IMG/VR virus record: IMGVR_UViG_3300023274_000002
Span: 6,633-70,632 of that record
Length of the DNA stretch: 64,000 nt
Source: a virus
Strand: one strand, 5' to 3'
A program made the translations under genes and the position numbers. Below the pieces are notes generated by a model. The model saw only the letters and a program-made list of their open reading frames with translations, did no database searches and had not been told where the DNA came from. Of the stretch, positions 55,293 to 64,000 are shown one piece after another (positions within the stretch are counted from its first letter, which is position 1; each line of letters starts with the position of its first letter).

Positions 55293-55354
55293 CGGCAGGG
55301 CTCTGCGAGTGGACGCGCCTGCATCCCTGTCGCCGCTTCACTCGATCTCTCGTT

Positions 55355-55365
55355 GGGGGTACAGT
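55355..55365 (+). promoter_or_regulatory. GGGGGTACAGT motif copy (no clear -35)
   Basis: Upstream of antisense moron gene. Confidence 0.6.
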
Positions 55366-55391
55366 CAGCCGTACCGACGAGAGGGGACGAC

Positions 55392-55697
55392 GTGGAGACG
55401 ACCGAATTTCTGCTCAAGCTGAGCCGCGACGCTCAGAACCAGGCAGACGACCTGCGCGGGCTGGTGGCTCGCATGCGCGGCCTTCCGGTGCGCACCGGCG
55501 AGCGCAGCGTCTGCGCCGAGGTGACCGGCGGCCACGCGATGAACGCAGCGGCCGAGGCCGCGGCACTGAAGGCGTGCGGTCAGATCATGGAAGCCGTAGC
55601 CTCCATGGACCAGTTGATCGGTCAGTTCCGGGCTGAGGCGGAAGTGGTCGCCGATATCACCGACGACCTGATCGCCGGGGCGGGGCGCCTGTTCTAG
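55392..55697 (+). CDS. antisense moron gene, helical protein
   Basis: GAGGGG SD before GTG. Confidence 0.55.
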   Translation: METTEFLLKLSRDAQNQADDLRGLVARMRGLPVRTGERSVCAEVTGGHAMNAAAEAAALKACGQIMEAVASMDQLIGQFRAEAEVVADITDDLIAGAGRLF

Positions 55698-56134
55698 GCC
55701 GGCCGCATCCGCACGGTGAAGTTGACGATGAGGCGGGGTAGGTCGCCATCGGGCACCCAAGACGGTCCGGTGATGTCGTCGGACACCATCAGCACGGCGC
55801 CGCCGACGGTGACCCCCCGCCCTTCCATCTGAGTGCTGATCTCCTCGGCCAGCGCGACCGCCGCCGTGGTGGCAGCCTCTCGCGTCCCGCCGTAGACCTG
55901 CGCGCTGAGCGCGGCCATCATGTCCGGGTTCTCGCCGGAGTCCTGCGACCGGCTGGAGTACTGCTCCTCGATGAAGGCGTACGTCTTGGGCTCACCGCCG
56001 CCGAGCTTGCGCATGTGCGCGCCGAGCCAGAGCGGGTTGCCCGGACCGCACAGCGTGTCCGTCCGCGAGTTGATCCAGGCTGCCATCGCGCCGACCGCGT
56101 CGACGTACGTCCGGGCGCTCACGCCGGCACCCAT
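55694..56134 (-). CDS. tail terminator / completion protein
   Basis: Position; SAQVYGGT..GPSWVPD. Confidence 0.65.
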   Translation of the reverse strand: MGAGVSARTYVDAVGAMAAWINSRTDTLCGPGNPLWLGAHMRKLGGGEPKTYAFIEEQYSSRSQDSGENPDMMAALSAQVYGGTREAATTAAVALAEEISTQMEGRGVTVGGAVLMVSDDITGPSWVPDGDLPRLIVNFTVRMRPA

Positions 56135-56403
56135 CGTCCGTCACGGATGAAGCCGTGGTGGTCGCACTGCTGGCAGGCAAGCGATGGGCTCAGCGTGAGC
56201 GGATCTTCGCTCAGGACTTCCCACGTCGGCGAGGTGGGCGACCACCATTCCGGCCGGGTGCGTCCGGTGAACGCGATGAAGCCCGCTTCGTATTCGCCGC
56301 GCTCCTTGTGCCACTCGTGGATGCCGATCCACTCGTCGTCGCGGAAGACTTTCGTGTAAAACGTCTCGTGACCGAGGTCGATCGCGCCATCGGGGAGCGT
56401 CAC
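56119..56403 (-). CDS. small Zn-binding protein (DUF6527-like)
   Basis: PLTLSPSLACQQCDHHGFIRDGRW. Confidence 0.55.
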   Translation of the reverse strand: MTLPDGAIDLGHETFYTKVFRDDEWIGIHEWHKERGEYEAGFIAFTGRTRPEWWSPTSPTWEVLSEDPLTLSPSLACQQCDHHGFIRDGRWVPA

Positions 56404-56834
56404 CGGAACACCCTGCCGGCCAGGTCGCCGAGTGCCGCGCGGCACCACGGGAACGGCGGGTTGCCGGGGTGCTGCACGCTGCGACCGAAGATCTGGCCGG
56501 TCTTGCGGTTGCGCAGCGGATAGTCGCCGTGGCTCTCGATGGTGTGCGGCGGAGTGCCGAGTTCCAGGCCGAGGGGGTAGTTGTACCCCTCGGGCGTGGT
56601 CGCGTCGGAGCCTACGTCCCAGAACGGCCCGATCGTGTCGCCGCCCCGCTCCACCTGGACGCGGTCACGGGCGTAGCCGGGCGTGCGGCCGTAGCTGCCG
56701 TCCTCGCTCACCGGCATCCGGCGCTTCTGTCCAGCGGCCACAACAACGGCCGCCTGTTCCATCGCGGGCGCGCCGACGGCGAGCAGGCCGACCTCCCATC
56801 GCGGGTCCATCTGGAAGCGCACCGGCGCGGACAT
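56400..56834 (-). CDS. HK97 gp10-like neck protein
   Basis: YPLGLELGTPPHTI..VQHPG. Confidence 0.7.
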   Translation of the reverse strand: MSAPVRFQMDPRWEVGLLAVGAPAMEQAAVVVAAGQKRRMPVSEDGSYGRTPGYARDRVQVERGGDTIGPFWDVGSDATTPEGYNYPLGLELGTPPHTIESHGDYPLRNRKTGQIFGRSVQHPGNPPFPWCRAALGDLAGRVFR

Positions 56835-56836
56835 GG

Positions 56837-57343
56837 TCAGCCGTTCGCCTGCTCGGTCGCTGCCTCGGCCACCGGGTCACCCGAGCGCGCCGGCCCGGGC
56901 TGCCACGCCTGAAGGTCGGCCTTGGTGGTCGCGTCGTCGCCGGCCCACGCCTGATCCTCGGCGGTCGCCTGCGGGTGCTTGCTGACGTACGTGACCCACT
57001 CGGCCTTCTTGGCGGAGTCAGCCGGGCGGACTGGGCCGCTCTCCACGCGCTCGTCGTTGGCCGCCGGCTCGAACGATTCGAGGTCGTCCTGCGTGGCCGC
57101 CGCGGCATCCTCCTCGCTCATGCCGTTGGCGCGGGCCCACGTCTCCCACGCCACGCGGTTATCGCCCGGGCCCGGCCGGGGCACGACCGGGGCGGGCGGC
57201 TCGAGGTCGGGCCGCTCCTCGCTGACGTCCTCGCCGAGCACGAGTTCCCAGGCCTCGGCGACCTCCTCGCGGATCTCGTCGCCGCGCTGGTATCCGGCCA
57301 CCAGCGTGCCGGGTGCCGAAAGCCTGTGCAGTGCGTACAGCAT
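56837..57343 (-). CDS. virion-associated protein with repeated helical motifs
   Basis: RP..W..(W/Y)A..T..DL repeated twice. Confidence 0.55.
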   Translation of the reverse strand: MLYALHRLSAPGTLVAGYQRGDEIREEVAEAWELVLGEDVSEERPDLEPPAPVVPRPGPGDNRVAWETWARANGMSEEDAAAATQDDLESFEPAANDERVESGPVRPADSAKKAEWVTYVSKHPQATAEDQAWAGDDATTKADLQAWQPGPARSGDPVAEAATEQANG

Positions 57344-57353
57344 GATCGTCTCC

Positions 57354-57668
57354 TCAATCAGTCACGTAGTAGGTGAGCTGGCCCGGGGTGCCCGTGGTGA
57401 CCGCGAACGGGACGCGACCGTTGGCGTCGCCCCACGACGGGTTGACCCGGAACGACTTCACCTGACCGGTGGTCAGGGCGTGCGTCTTGTTGGCCACCGC
57501 GAGTCCGTCCTGCGTCTGCGCGTTGGTCAGGGTGATGGTCAGGCCGCCGGCCGCGACGGCGACCACTCGAGCGCCGGCCGGGACCGTGTCGCCGGAGCCC
57601 GTGCCGGTCCGGGGGGTCAAGAGGCCGCCCGCCGTGGTGTTGCCGGCGTCGGCTGCGAAATCGGTCAT
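57354..57668 (-). CDS. structural protein
   Basis: AGGAG SD; Thr/Gly-rich beta pattern. Confidence 0.55.
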   Translation of the reverse strand: MTDFAADAGNTTAGGLLTPRTGTGSGDTVPAGARVVAVAAGGLTITLTNAQTQDGLAVANKTHALTTGQVKSFRVNPSWGDANGRVPFAVTTGTPGQLTYYVTD

Positions 57669-57676
57669 GATCTCTC

Positions 57677-58465
57677 CTACTCGGGCCAGAGGAATTCGCG
57701 GTTACTGGCCACCGGATCGGATCCGTCGACCAAGAGGCGGTCGCCCCACGCGACGGGCGTGGGCGCGTACATCACGGGACCGACCGATGCGGGTGTCGTT
57801 CCGGCGTCGTCGGCCGCCGACTGCAACGCCTTCAGGTCCAGGGCGAACTGCCGGTCCAGACCGTCGGCTCGAGCCCGGTCGTCGGCGCTGCGCGCGAACG
57901 CGCGGCACAGCGTCGCCGCGGCGCGCAGCGCGGCCACGGTGCGAGCCATCGGCGACAGGCTGCCGGTGAGCGTCCCGAGCCCCGCCCCGACCATGCGTAC
58001 GGCCGCGTCGATGTGGCGCTGAGCCTGCTCGTCGGTCGGCGAGGTGTAGCCGGTGAAGGTGCCGAGCCAGACCTGCGAGCCGGGCGTCGACTCGTCCTGC
58101 GTCAGGAACGGCACGTGATCGGCGACGTCGGACAGGAACGGTGACCACGCCGGCCGGGTGGACGTGCCGGGCAGCGGCGCCACGTTGTAGATCTTCGGCG
58201 TGACCGACGCCCCGGTGCCGGTCACCTTCCAGACCACGAGCCAGTCCCCGGCGGACGCGTCGGTGGTCCCGCTCACGGTCCCGTCGTCGGTCGCGTAGAA
58301 CTGGACGGTCACCTCGTCGCCGACGAACGCGCCTGGCGCTGCGGCGACGGTCGTGCCGTCCGGCCGCTTGACCATGACCGTCCGGGTCGTGCTGACGTCC
58401 GGGGTCACGCCCAGCTTGAGCCGTGAGGTGATCGGGTCGCCCACGTCGTACACCGTCTGCGGCAT
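57677..58465 (-). CDS. head-tail adaptor with N-terminal Ig-like domain
   Basis: GDWLVVWKVTGTG; GTFT..T.PTDEQAQRHI. Confidence 0.6.
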   Translation of the reverse strand: MPQTVYDVGDPITSRLKLGVTPDVSTTRTVMVKRPDGTTVAAAPGAFVGDEVTVQFYATDDGTVSGTTDASAGDWLVVWKVTGTGASVTPKIYNVAPLPGTSTRPAWSPFLSDVADHVPFLTQDESTPGSQVWLGTFTGYTSPTDEQAQRHIDAAVRMVGAGLGTLTGSLSPMARTVAALRAAATLCRAFARSADDRARADGLDRQFALDLKALQSAADDAGTTPASVGPVMYAPTPVAWGDRLLVDGSDPVASNREFLWPE

Positions 58466-60072
58466 CAGTAGACTCCCGTCACGCTCGCGTTGATCGGATC
58501 CCCGCTCGCCACCGCGGTCGCCGCGTCGCCGGTTGCGACCGCCGCCACCGGATCCCCGGTCACCCCGGGCCGTCCGGTGACCAGTCCGGGAACGAACGTC
58601 AGGGCATCCGCTGCCGAGCCTGCGTCCCCGAACGATCGGACCACGTTGGCGACGTCTTGCCCCAGAGCGGCGTCGGCAGCAGCGGCGGCGTCCGACAGGG
58701 CCAGTACGACGGCCACAGTCAGGGTCTGCCCCGCGGCGCCACCGTCGGTCAGCGGTGCCGCGACGGATGCCGCGATGGACTGCGCCGCGCCGCCCGCGTC
58801 CGCCAGCGGGATCGAGCCGGCGACGGTCAGAGCGTCGGCAGCGGATCCCGCGTCCGCCAGCGACGCGCCCGCGGCGACCGTCAGGGCTTCCGCGGCCAAG
58901 CCGGCGTCGGCAACCGGCTTGGCCGTCCCCGTCCCGTTGTCGATCGTGTCGACGGCGGACCCCGCGTCGGCGAGAGGCATCACCGCGGCGACCGTCAGGC
59001 TTTGCGTCGCGCTCGCCACGTCGGCCAGCGGGGCCACGACGTTCGCGCCGAGCGTGTCGGTCGCCGCCGCCGCATCGGCCAGTCCGGTGGCGATCGTGAC
59101 GCCGAGCGTGTCGGTCGCCGAGCCGGCGTCGGCGACGCTCTTCGCCGTGCCCAGACCGTTGTCGATCGCGTCGGCCGCGCCGCCCGCGTCTGCCAGCGGA
59201 ATGACGGCGCTAGCCGCCAGCGTTTCGATCCCACCGGCCGCGTCCGCCAGGCCGACCGCCGCCGAGGCAGTGGCCGCATCAGCACCAGCGGCCGAGTCGG
59301 CCAGCGGGATGGTCCGGGCCGGAACGCTGAGCGCGTCGGCGCCCGATGCTGTTTCCGCCAGCGCGACCGCCGCGGTGGCGGACAGCGTGTCGGCGCCCGC
59401 GCCCGCGTCGCCCACGCTGATCGGCGTGGACCCTGCCGACGCCTTGAACGCCAGCGTGATCTGCTGGCGGACGGTGGTCGTGTTGGTCCACGAGCACGAC
59501 GAGGAGTACGCGCCCGCCGCGCCCGCCGGAAGCAGCTCGCCCACGAACGTGTGGCACATCGTGGCCGAGCCGGGCCCTGGCGAGGTCTGGCTGAGGACGT
59601 TGACGAATCCGCCTGTCCACGATGGCGATGTGGGCGCCGCCGCCGCCGAGACCAGTCCGGCCATCGCCGCCACGGAGATGATCAGATCGGCCGCCGCCGT
59701 GGTGGTCACCGATACGGCCGTAGTGGACGTTCCCGACGTGACGTTCGTCGACGAGTTCGAGGTGTCGAACGAGGCGACCCCGGAGTACTCGCAGACGGTC
59801 AGCACGATGTCGTCAGAAACCGACGGCGAAGCGGTGATCGTCGTCTCGGTGCCGTTGGCGAACTTGTACCAGGTGTAGGCGGCGTTGCCGTCGATGATGG
59901 ACGGCCCCGCCGAAGTTCCCGACGGCGCGTTCAGCGTGACCGTGGCGTCCGAGTTGGCCGTGATGACCAGCAGATTGCCGGCCGTCGGGGTGGCCCACCC
60001 GTCCGCCGAGCCGATGGAGACCGAGCCGGCGTTCGCGCCCTTGCTCTTGCGCTGAACGACGGCGATGCCCAT
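58465..60072 (-). CDS. fibre-like structural protein with ~18-aa repeats
   Basis: Repeated L/V.DAG.A.D.L units. Confidence 0.65.
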   Translation of the reverse strand: MGIAVVQRKSKGANAGSVSIGSADGWATPTAGNLLVITANSDATVTLNAPSGTSAGPSIIDGNAAYTWYKFANGTETTITASPSVSDDIVLTVCEYSGVASFDTSNSSTNVTSGTSTTAVSVTTTAAADLIISVAAMAGLVSAAAAPTSPSWTGGFVNVLSQTSPGPGSATMCHTFVGELLPAGAAGAYSSSCSWTNTTTVRQQITLAFKASAGSTPISVGDAGAGADTLSATAAVALAETASGADALSVPARTIPLADSAAGADAATASAAVGLADAAGGIETLAASAVIPLADAGGAADAIDNGLGTAKSVADAGSATDTLGVTIATGLADAAAATDTLGANVVAPLADVASATQSLTVAAVMPLADAGSAVDTIDNGTGTAKPVADAGLAAEALTVAAGASLADAGSAADALTVAGSIPLADAGGAAQSIAASVAAPLTDGGAAGQTLTVAVVLALSDAAAAADAALGQDVANVVRSFGDAGSAADALTFVPGLVTGRPGVTGDPVAAVATGDAATAVASGDPINASVTGVY

Positions 60073-60073
60073 G

Positions 60074-60430
60074 TCAGCTCAGATCGAACGTGATCCCGCT
60101 GAGGTCAGCGGACATGGTCACCGGACCGTTCGGGGCGGGCACGGCGGCAAGCTGTGCGGCGGTCAGGACCCGGTCGTTGATCGGGATGTTGAACGTCCGG
60201 GACGTTCCGGTCTCCGGGTTGCTGGCGGACACCTTGACCGCTCGACCGGTCCCGTTGTCGACGATCAGGCATGAGCCGGCCGGGTACTGCTTGCCCGACG
60301 GCGACGTCCATGCGGCGGTGGAGTTGCGCAGGGCGCCGGTCGCGGGGTTGTAGAACCAGGTGAGCGTAATGATCGGCGCGCCGCTGCCATCGCGCAACGT
60401 GCTGATCACCTGTCCGGACAGGGCGGGCAC
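60074..60430 (-). CDS. structural protein
   Basis: AGGAGG SD. Confidence 0.55.
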   Translation of the reverse strand: MPALSGQVISTLRDGSGAPIITLTWFYNPATGALRNSTAAWTSPSGKQYPAGSCLIVDNGTGRAVKVSASNPETGTSRTFNIPINDRVLTAAQLAAVPAPNGPVTMSADLSGITFDLS

Positions 60431-60438
60431 AGTGCCTC

Positions 60439-61083
60439 CTAGGTGAAGGTAAGCGTCGCGGTCGCGGTCCAGGTCTGGCCGCTGGCCTTGGTGCCCTGCG
60501 CGATGCTGGCCTTGTGGTTGAACAGCAGCGCGTTGACCGTGGTTCCACCGGCGACGGTAGGCGTGCCCACGTCGATGCCGAACTCGTTCCAGGCGAAGTT
60601 ACCGTCGGCCGTACCGAACGTCGCCGAGAAGGCCAGCGTCCGGGTACCGAGCGAGCCAGCGCCGGATACCGGCTGGAAGTATCGGTTGCTCGATCCCGCC
60701 GACGCGCCGAGATCCGTGTCCGTGTAGGCCTCGGCCGTGTTCGAGTTGCCCACGCCGATCCGGGTCGCGGTCGCCGACAGCGCCTGCGTGCCACCTTGCG
60801 CAGTGAGCAAGTTCATCAGCCGCGTCCACCCGGCGTTGGTGATCAGGTTGCCGACCACCTCGCTGGATTCGTACGGCCGAACTCCCCAGTACGCGAAGTC
60901 CCCGGGCGTCGGCTGCACGAGTCCGCGGCAGAACTCCCTGTCCGCATGGCGCATGACCCACTCGGTCTGCTCTTCATCCCATCGGTCGACTCGCCAGTGC
61001 GTCGTGCCGATCGCGGCGTCGGCGATCGGAGCGATGACCCCGACGCCGAGCATGTCGTGCGCTTGTGCCTTGTCGATGCCCAC
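60439..61083 (-). CDS. structural protein (fibre-collar-like)
   Basis: NLITNAG..IGVG..T.T.L..NFAWNEFGI..GTK. Confidence 0.65.
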   Translation of the reverse strand: MGIDKAQAHDMLGVGVIAPIADAAIGTTHWRVDRWDEEQTEWVMRHADREFCRGLVQPTPGDFAYWGVRPYESSEVVGNLITNAGWTRLMNLLTAQGGTQALSATATRIGVGNSNTAEAYTDTDLGASAGSSNRYFQPVSGAGSLGTRTLAFSATFGTADGNFAWNEFGIDVGTPTVAGGTTVNALLFNHKASIAQGTKASGQTWTATATLTFT

Positions 61084-61181
61084 GCCGGACCTCCTGATGT
61101 CTGATGGTGGAGCGCGGGGACAGGGAGACGAGTCTGCCCCCGCGCTCGCGGGGCCTGACGGGGGCGCGATCCGTCAGGGGT

Positions 61182-61664
61182 CTAGTTGGCGTCGGCGAAG
61201 ACCAGCACCGACACGCCGGAGATGGTGAGCGCCAGTCCGGCCTTGAGTACGACGTCCACGTTCTGTCGATCGATGACCGTCGCTGACTGCACGGTCAGGT
61301 TGCCGATCTGCGCGCCGCCCACCAGGAAGGCCGACGGCGTGTAGTTGGTGTTGGGCATCGCCGTCTTGAGCGTCACTCGCACGGTGGTCGTGCCGCCGAG
61401 GATCAGGGTCACGTTCGGCACCACCTTGACGCCGCGCGCCTCGGCGGTGAGCCGCGCCTCGAGCGCGGTCACTCGGGCTGCCAGCGAATTCAAGGTCGGC
61501 GGGTCGGCGGTCGCCGGCCACGCGTAGCCCTGCGCGGTCGGATCGGTGTTGATCGCTCGCTCCCCACTCGGAGGCGACCACGCTGCCGAGCCGTCCCAGA
61601 GGTATGGCCCGCCGGTGATCCGCATCAGCGAGTCGTTGACGGTCCACCAGTTCCCGATCGGCAT
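61182..61664 (-). CDS. structural protein
   Basis: AGGAGG SD; short coiled coil plus beta domain. Confidence 0.55.
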   Translation of the reverse strand: MPIGNWWTVNDSLMRITGGPYLWDGSAAWSPPSGERAINTDPTAQGYAWPATADPPTLNSLAARVTALEARLTAEARGVKVVPNVTLILGGTTTVRVTLKTAMPNTNYTPSAFLVGGAQIGNLTVQSATVIDRQNVDVVLKAGLALTISGVSVLVFADAN

Positions 61665-61675
61665 TCGCGCGCCTC

Positions 61676-62563
61676 CTAGAAGAAGGTTGTCACGATCACG
61701 ATTCCCGCGCCCCCGACGCCACCTGCACCGGAGTTGAAGCCGTTCAGTGATGCGCCGCCCCCGCCGCCCCCGCCGCCGTAGATGCCGCCCGAGGCGGCCG
61801 TGCCGCCGGCCGCGGTGATGCTGGACGCGCCGCCACCGCCGCCCTGTCCGGGCAGGGCCGAGTTGGCCGGCTGACCGGCGCCCGCGCTGGGGCCCGCGCC
61901 GCCCGCGATGCCGCCGGCCGCCGACGTGCCGGCCATGCCGACGCCGCCCGCACCGCCGTTGCTCACCGCGTCAGCCGCGCTGATGCCGCCGCCGGAGCCA
62001 CCACCGGAGCCGCCGGAGCCGGGCACGCCGCCCTGCGCACCGGCCGCGCCGGTCGCCGAGGCGATGCCGCCAGCGCCGCCCGCGCCGCCGGGGGTGGTCG
62101 CCGTGCCACCGGCCGCGCCGGTCGCCGTGCCGCCCCCGCCGCCCCCGCCGCCTGCGGCCCGGACGAACGTGCCGAAGATCGAGGTGCCGCCGTTGCCGCC
62201 GCCGTTGCCGTCGGTGTCGTTGGCCGTGACGGCCGCACCGAGCGTCCCGGCCGCGCCGACCGTGACGCTGACCGTGGCGCCGAGCACCGAGGCGGGGATG
62301 CTCTTGCTGGACGTGCTGCCCCCCGCGCCGCCGCCGCCGCCGCTGCGAACGGTGGCCGCCGCGCCGCGCCGGCCGGATCCGCCGCCGCCGCCGCCGCCGA
62401 CCGCCTCGACCCGCACCGTCTTGGCGCCGGTCGGCTTGGTCCACGTGCCGTTGGCGGTGAAGGCCTGCACGTCGGCCGAGGTGGCCGCGACCCCGCCGCC
62501 GGACGTGCCGATGCCGGCCGACCGGGCGACCTCGGGTCGGGTGGTCCGGATCGGCCTGGTCAT
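61676..62563 (-). CDS. glycine-rich fibre/decoration protein
   Basis: FTANGTWTKP..VGGGGGGG..GGAGIVIV. Confidence 0.7.
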   Translation of the reverse strand: MTRPIRTTRPEVARSAGIGTSGGGVAATSADVQAFTANGTWTKPTGAKTVRVEAVGGGGGGGSGRRGAAATVRSGGGGGAGGSTSSKSIPASVLGATVSVTVGAAGTLGAAVTANDTDGNGGGNGGTSIFGTFVRAAGGGGGGGGTATGAAGGTATTPGGAGGAGGIASATGAAGAQGGVPGSGGSGGGSGGGISAADAVSNGGAGGVGMAGTSAAGGIAGGAGPSAGAGQPANSALPGQGGGGGASSITAAGGTAASGGIYGGGGGGGGASLNGFNSGAGGVGGAGIVIVTTFF

Positions 62564-62853
62564 GCCAGGCTCCGGAAGCTGACCGCGGTGGCCGCCGCGC
62601 TGATCACCTTGACGACGATCGGCTGCTGGCCGCCGGTCCGATTGAGCTGAAGCGTGGCGCCGACGGCTGCGGGCACCACGTCGAAGTCGTTGCCGCCGAC
62701 GGTCGGGTTGACGGGCGACGCCGTGCCGTCGTAGCTGATATAGATCTCACCGGCGCCGTTGCGATTCATGACCTCGAAGCCGCTCGAGTTGTCGGTGAGC
62801 GTGAACGTCTGCACGGTGCTGGCCGTGAGCGTCATGTGCCGCACGTACGCCAT
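62560..62853 (-). CDS. small structural protein
   Basis: GAGGAGG SD. Confidence 0.55.
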   Translation of the reverse strand: MAYVRHMTLTASTVQTFTLTDNSSGFEVMNRNGAGEIYISYDGTASPVNPTVGGNDFDVVPAAVGATLQLNRTGGQQPIVVKVISAAATAVSFRSLA

Positions 62854-62864
62854 GCCGCCTCCTC

Positions 62865-62893
62865 TTGCGTGTTCGAGTTAGTGGGGGTACAGT
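62865..62893 (+). promoter_or_regulatory. promoter TTGCGT-N17-TACAGT (leaderless moron)
   Basis: Motif copy, ATG 6 nt downstream. Confidence 0.8.
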
Positions 62894-62899
62894 AGAGCC

Positions 62900-63100
62900 A
62901 TGACGACGAACGAGCACCCGATGGCCAAGGCTCCCGACAACGCTTCCCGCCGATGCTTTTACGGGGGAGTTCCCGCCGTAGCTCGCCAGGGACGCAACGG
63001 CTACGTAAACGTTGATCTCCTGCGAGACCCCGGATACGGCTCGATGTGCATCACCGGAACCGCGCCCGGAAACGTCGTGTGGATCGATCCGAGCTTCTGA
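62900..63100 (+). CDS. antisense moron gene, 66 aa
   Basis: Own promoter; bidirectional terminator AAAGCGGGGG..CCCCCGCTTT at 63118-63143. Confidence 0.6.
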   Translation: MTTNEHPMAKAPDNASRRCFYGGVPAVARQGRNGYVNVDLLRDPGYGSMCITGTAPGNVVWIDPSF

Positions 63101-63145
63101 ACCGCCGATGCGATGCAAAAGCGGGGGCCGTCGCCCCCGCTTTCG

Positions 63146-63676
63146 TCATGCAGTCGCTGCGGCGTAGCGCCGCTTGACCTCGGCGACGAGGTCAGTCTTG
63201 TTCATGGCCTCAGCCTCGCCGAGGGCCATGCCGATCTGCGGGCGGGTGGCGTAGGCCTCCCACACGTCCTTGCTGTCGCTCTGCTTGGGCAGAGCGGGCA
63301 GCGGCTCGGCCGGCGGGTTGTCGCCGGTCGGGGTGACCGGGACGTCCGGGTCGGTGACCGGCGGAGTCTCGTCCTCGACCACCACCAGGTCGGCGAGGGT
63401 CGGGGCCGTGCCGTTCGGATCGCTCGGCAGCACGACCGGCTGATCCGGCGTGCGGACCTGCTCGGGTACCTCCTCGATCGGACGCAGCACCGGATCCGGG
63501 TCAGCCGCGAACACGACCATGCCGGCCGAGGCCAGCGCGCTCACCTGGAAGGTGGGCACCCAGTCCGGAACCAGCTCGCCCCGCACCCGGATGACCTCCG
63601 GGCCGTCCGGGACCGTGGGCTGGCCTTCCTTCGTCTTCTGGAAGGACAGCTTGTTGAAAAGCACCTGGTAAGCCAT
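63146..63676 (-). CDS. capsid-adjacent protein
   Basis: Follows capsid gene; PKQSDSKDVWEAYA..MNKTDL motif. Confidence 0.6.
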   Translation of the reverse strand: MAYQVLFNKLSFQKTKEGQPTVPDGPEVIRVRGELVPDWVPTFQVSALASAGMVVFAADPDPVLRPIEEVPEQVRTPDQPVVLPSDPNGTAPTLADLVVVEDETPPVTDPDVPVTPTGDNPPAEPLPALPKQSDSKDVWEAYATRPQIGMALGEAEAMNKTDLVAEVKRRYAAATA

Positions 63677-63687
63677 CTCAGCCCCGA

Positions 63688-64000
63688 TCAGGTCAGCGTG
63701 CCGATGCCGGTGACCTTGCATGCCGCACCCGGCTCCCGAACGAACGGGACGACGGGGCGGCGGCCACGGACCAGCCACGAGTCGTTGGCGATCGGGTCGC
63801 GGCGGGTCATCGTCTCGATGCCGTTCGCGGGGTCGCCCTGGTATTCCGGCGACGGGATGCGCTCGTAGCCCATCGCGCCGAGCGCGCTGGTATCGACCAC
63901 GATCGCCGTGCCCGCCGTCGGCAGGTTCGGCGTCGGCATGATGGTCAGACCGGCCAGCACCGGCAGGTCGCCGGACATGGAGATGGTCGTGCCCGACTCG
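63688..64000 (-). CDS. major capsid protein, C-terminal part (truncated)
   Basis: LAGLTIMPTPNLP..VVD..LG..WLVRGRRPVVPFVREPGAACKVTGI, HK97-like C-terminus. Confidence 0.75.
   Translation of the reverse strand, partial: ESGTTISMSGDLPVLAGLTIMPTPNLPTAGTAIVVDTSALGAMGYERIPSPEYQGDPANGIETMTRRDPIANDSWLVRGRRPVVPFVREPGAACKVTGIGTLT

Noticed and set aside
61676-62563. GCC-rich repeats suggesting collagen or a microsatellite
   Set aside because: Explained by poly-Gly/Ala codons of a glycine-rich structural protein; no Gly-X-Y periodicity
1-64000. Reverse transcriptase/DGR, integrase, transposase, Ro60/Rsr
   Set aside because: No diagnostic motifs recognised in any listed ORF; absence judged by eye only

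Overview
High-GC actinomycete siphophage genome (or phage-plasmid), nearly complete in this window. It is cut inside the terminase large subunit at the left edge and inside the major capsid gene at the right edge. Layout: (i) 1-31 kb, minus strand: terminase, many small accessory genes (globin, HNH, thermonuclease-like, DUF397, VRR-NUC, SLOG), a putative iteron origin, and a replication/recombination block (helicase-like Rep, MazG-like, beta clamp, DNA methyltransferase, SNF2 helicase, ERF, DnaQ-like, YqaJ). (ii) A divergent switch at ~31.07 kb, then a plus-strand arm (31-43 kb) with a ~500-nt structured non-coding region, an array of promoter-gene-terminator mini-cassettes, and a Streptomyces-plasmid-type conjugation module (BldC-like HTH, TraB FtsK-type translocase, clt-like TGACACC repeats, TraA-like and Spd-like membrane genes). 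(iii) 43-64 kb, minus strand: lysis, tail and head genes with two antisense morons. No integrase is recognisable. Top leads: a virion-forming phage carrying a TraB/clt mycelial conjugation system; a 14-copy GGGGGTACAGT promoter/operator regulon with a dyad in front of an RHH-like gene; a circularly permuted tRNA-like (Y-RNA-like) element; a large tRNA-arm-containing ncRNA; and a phage globin. All family calls come from motif recognition by eye, not database searches.
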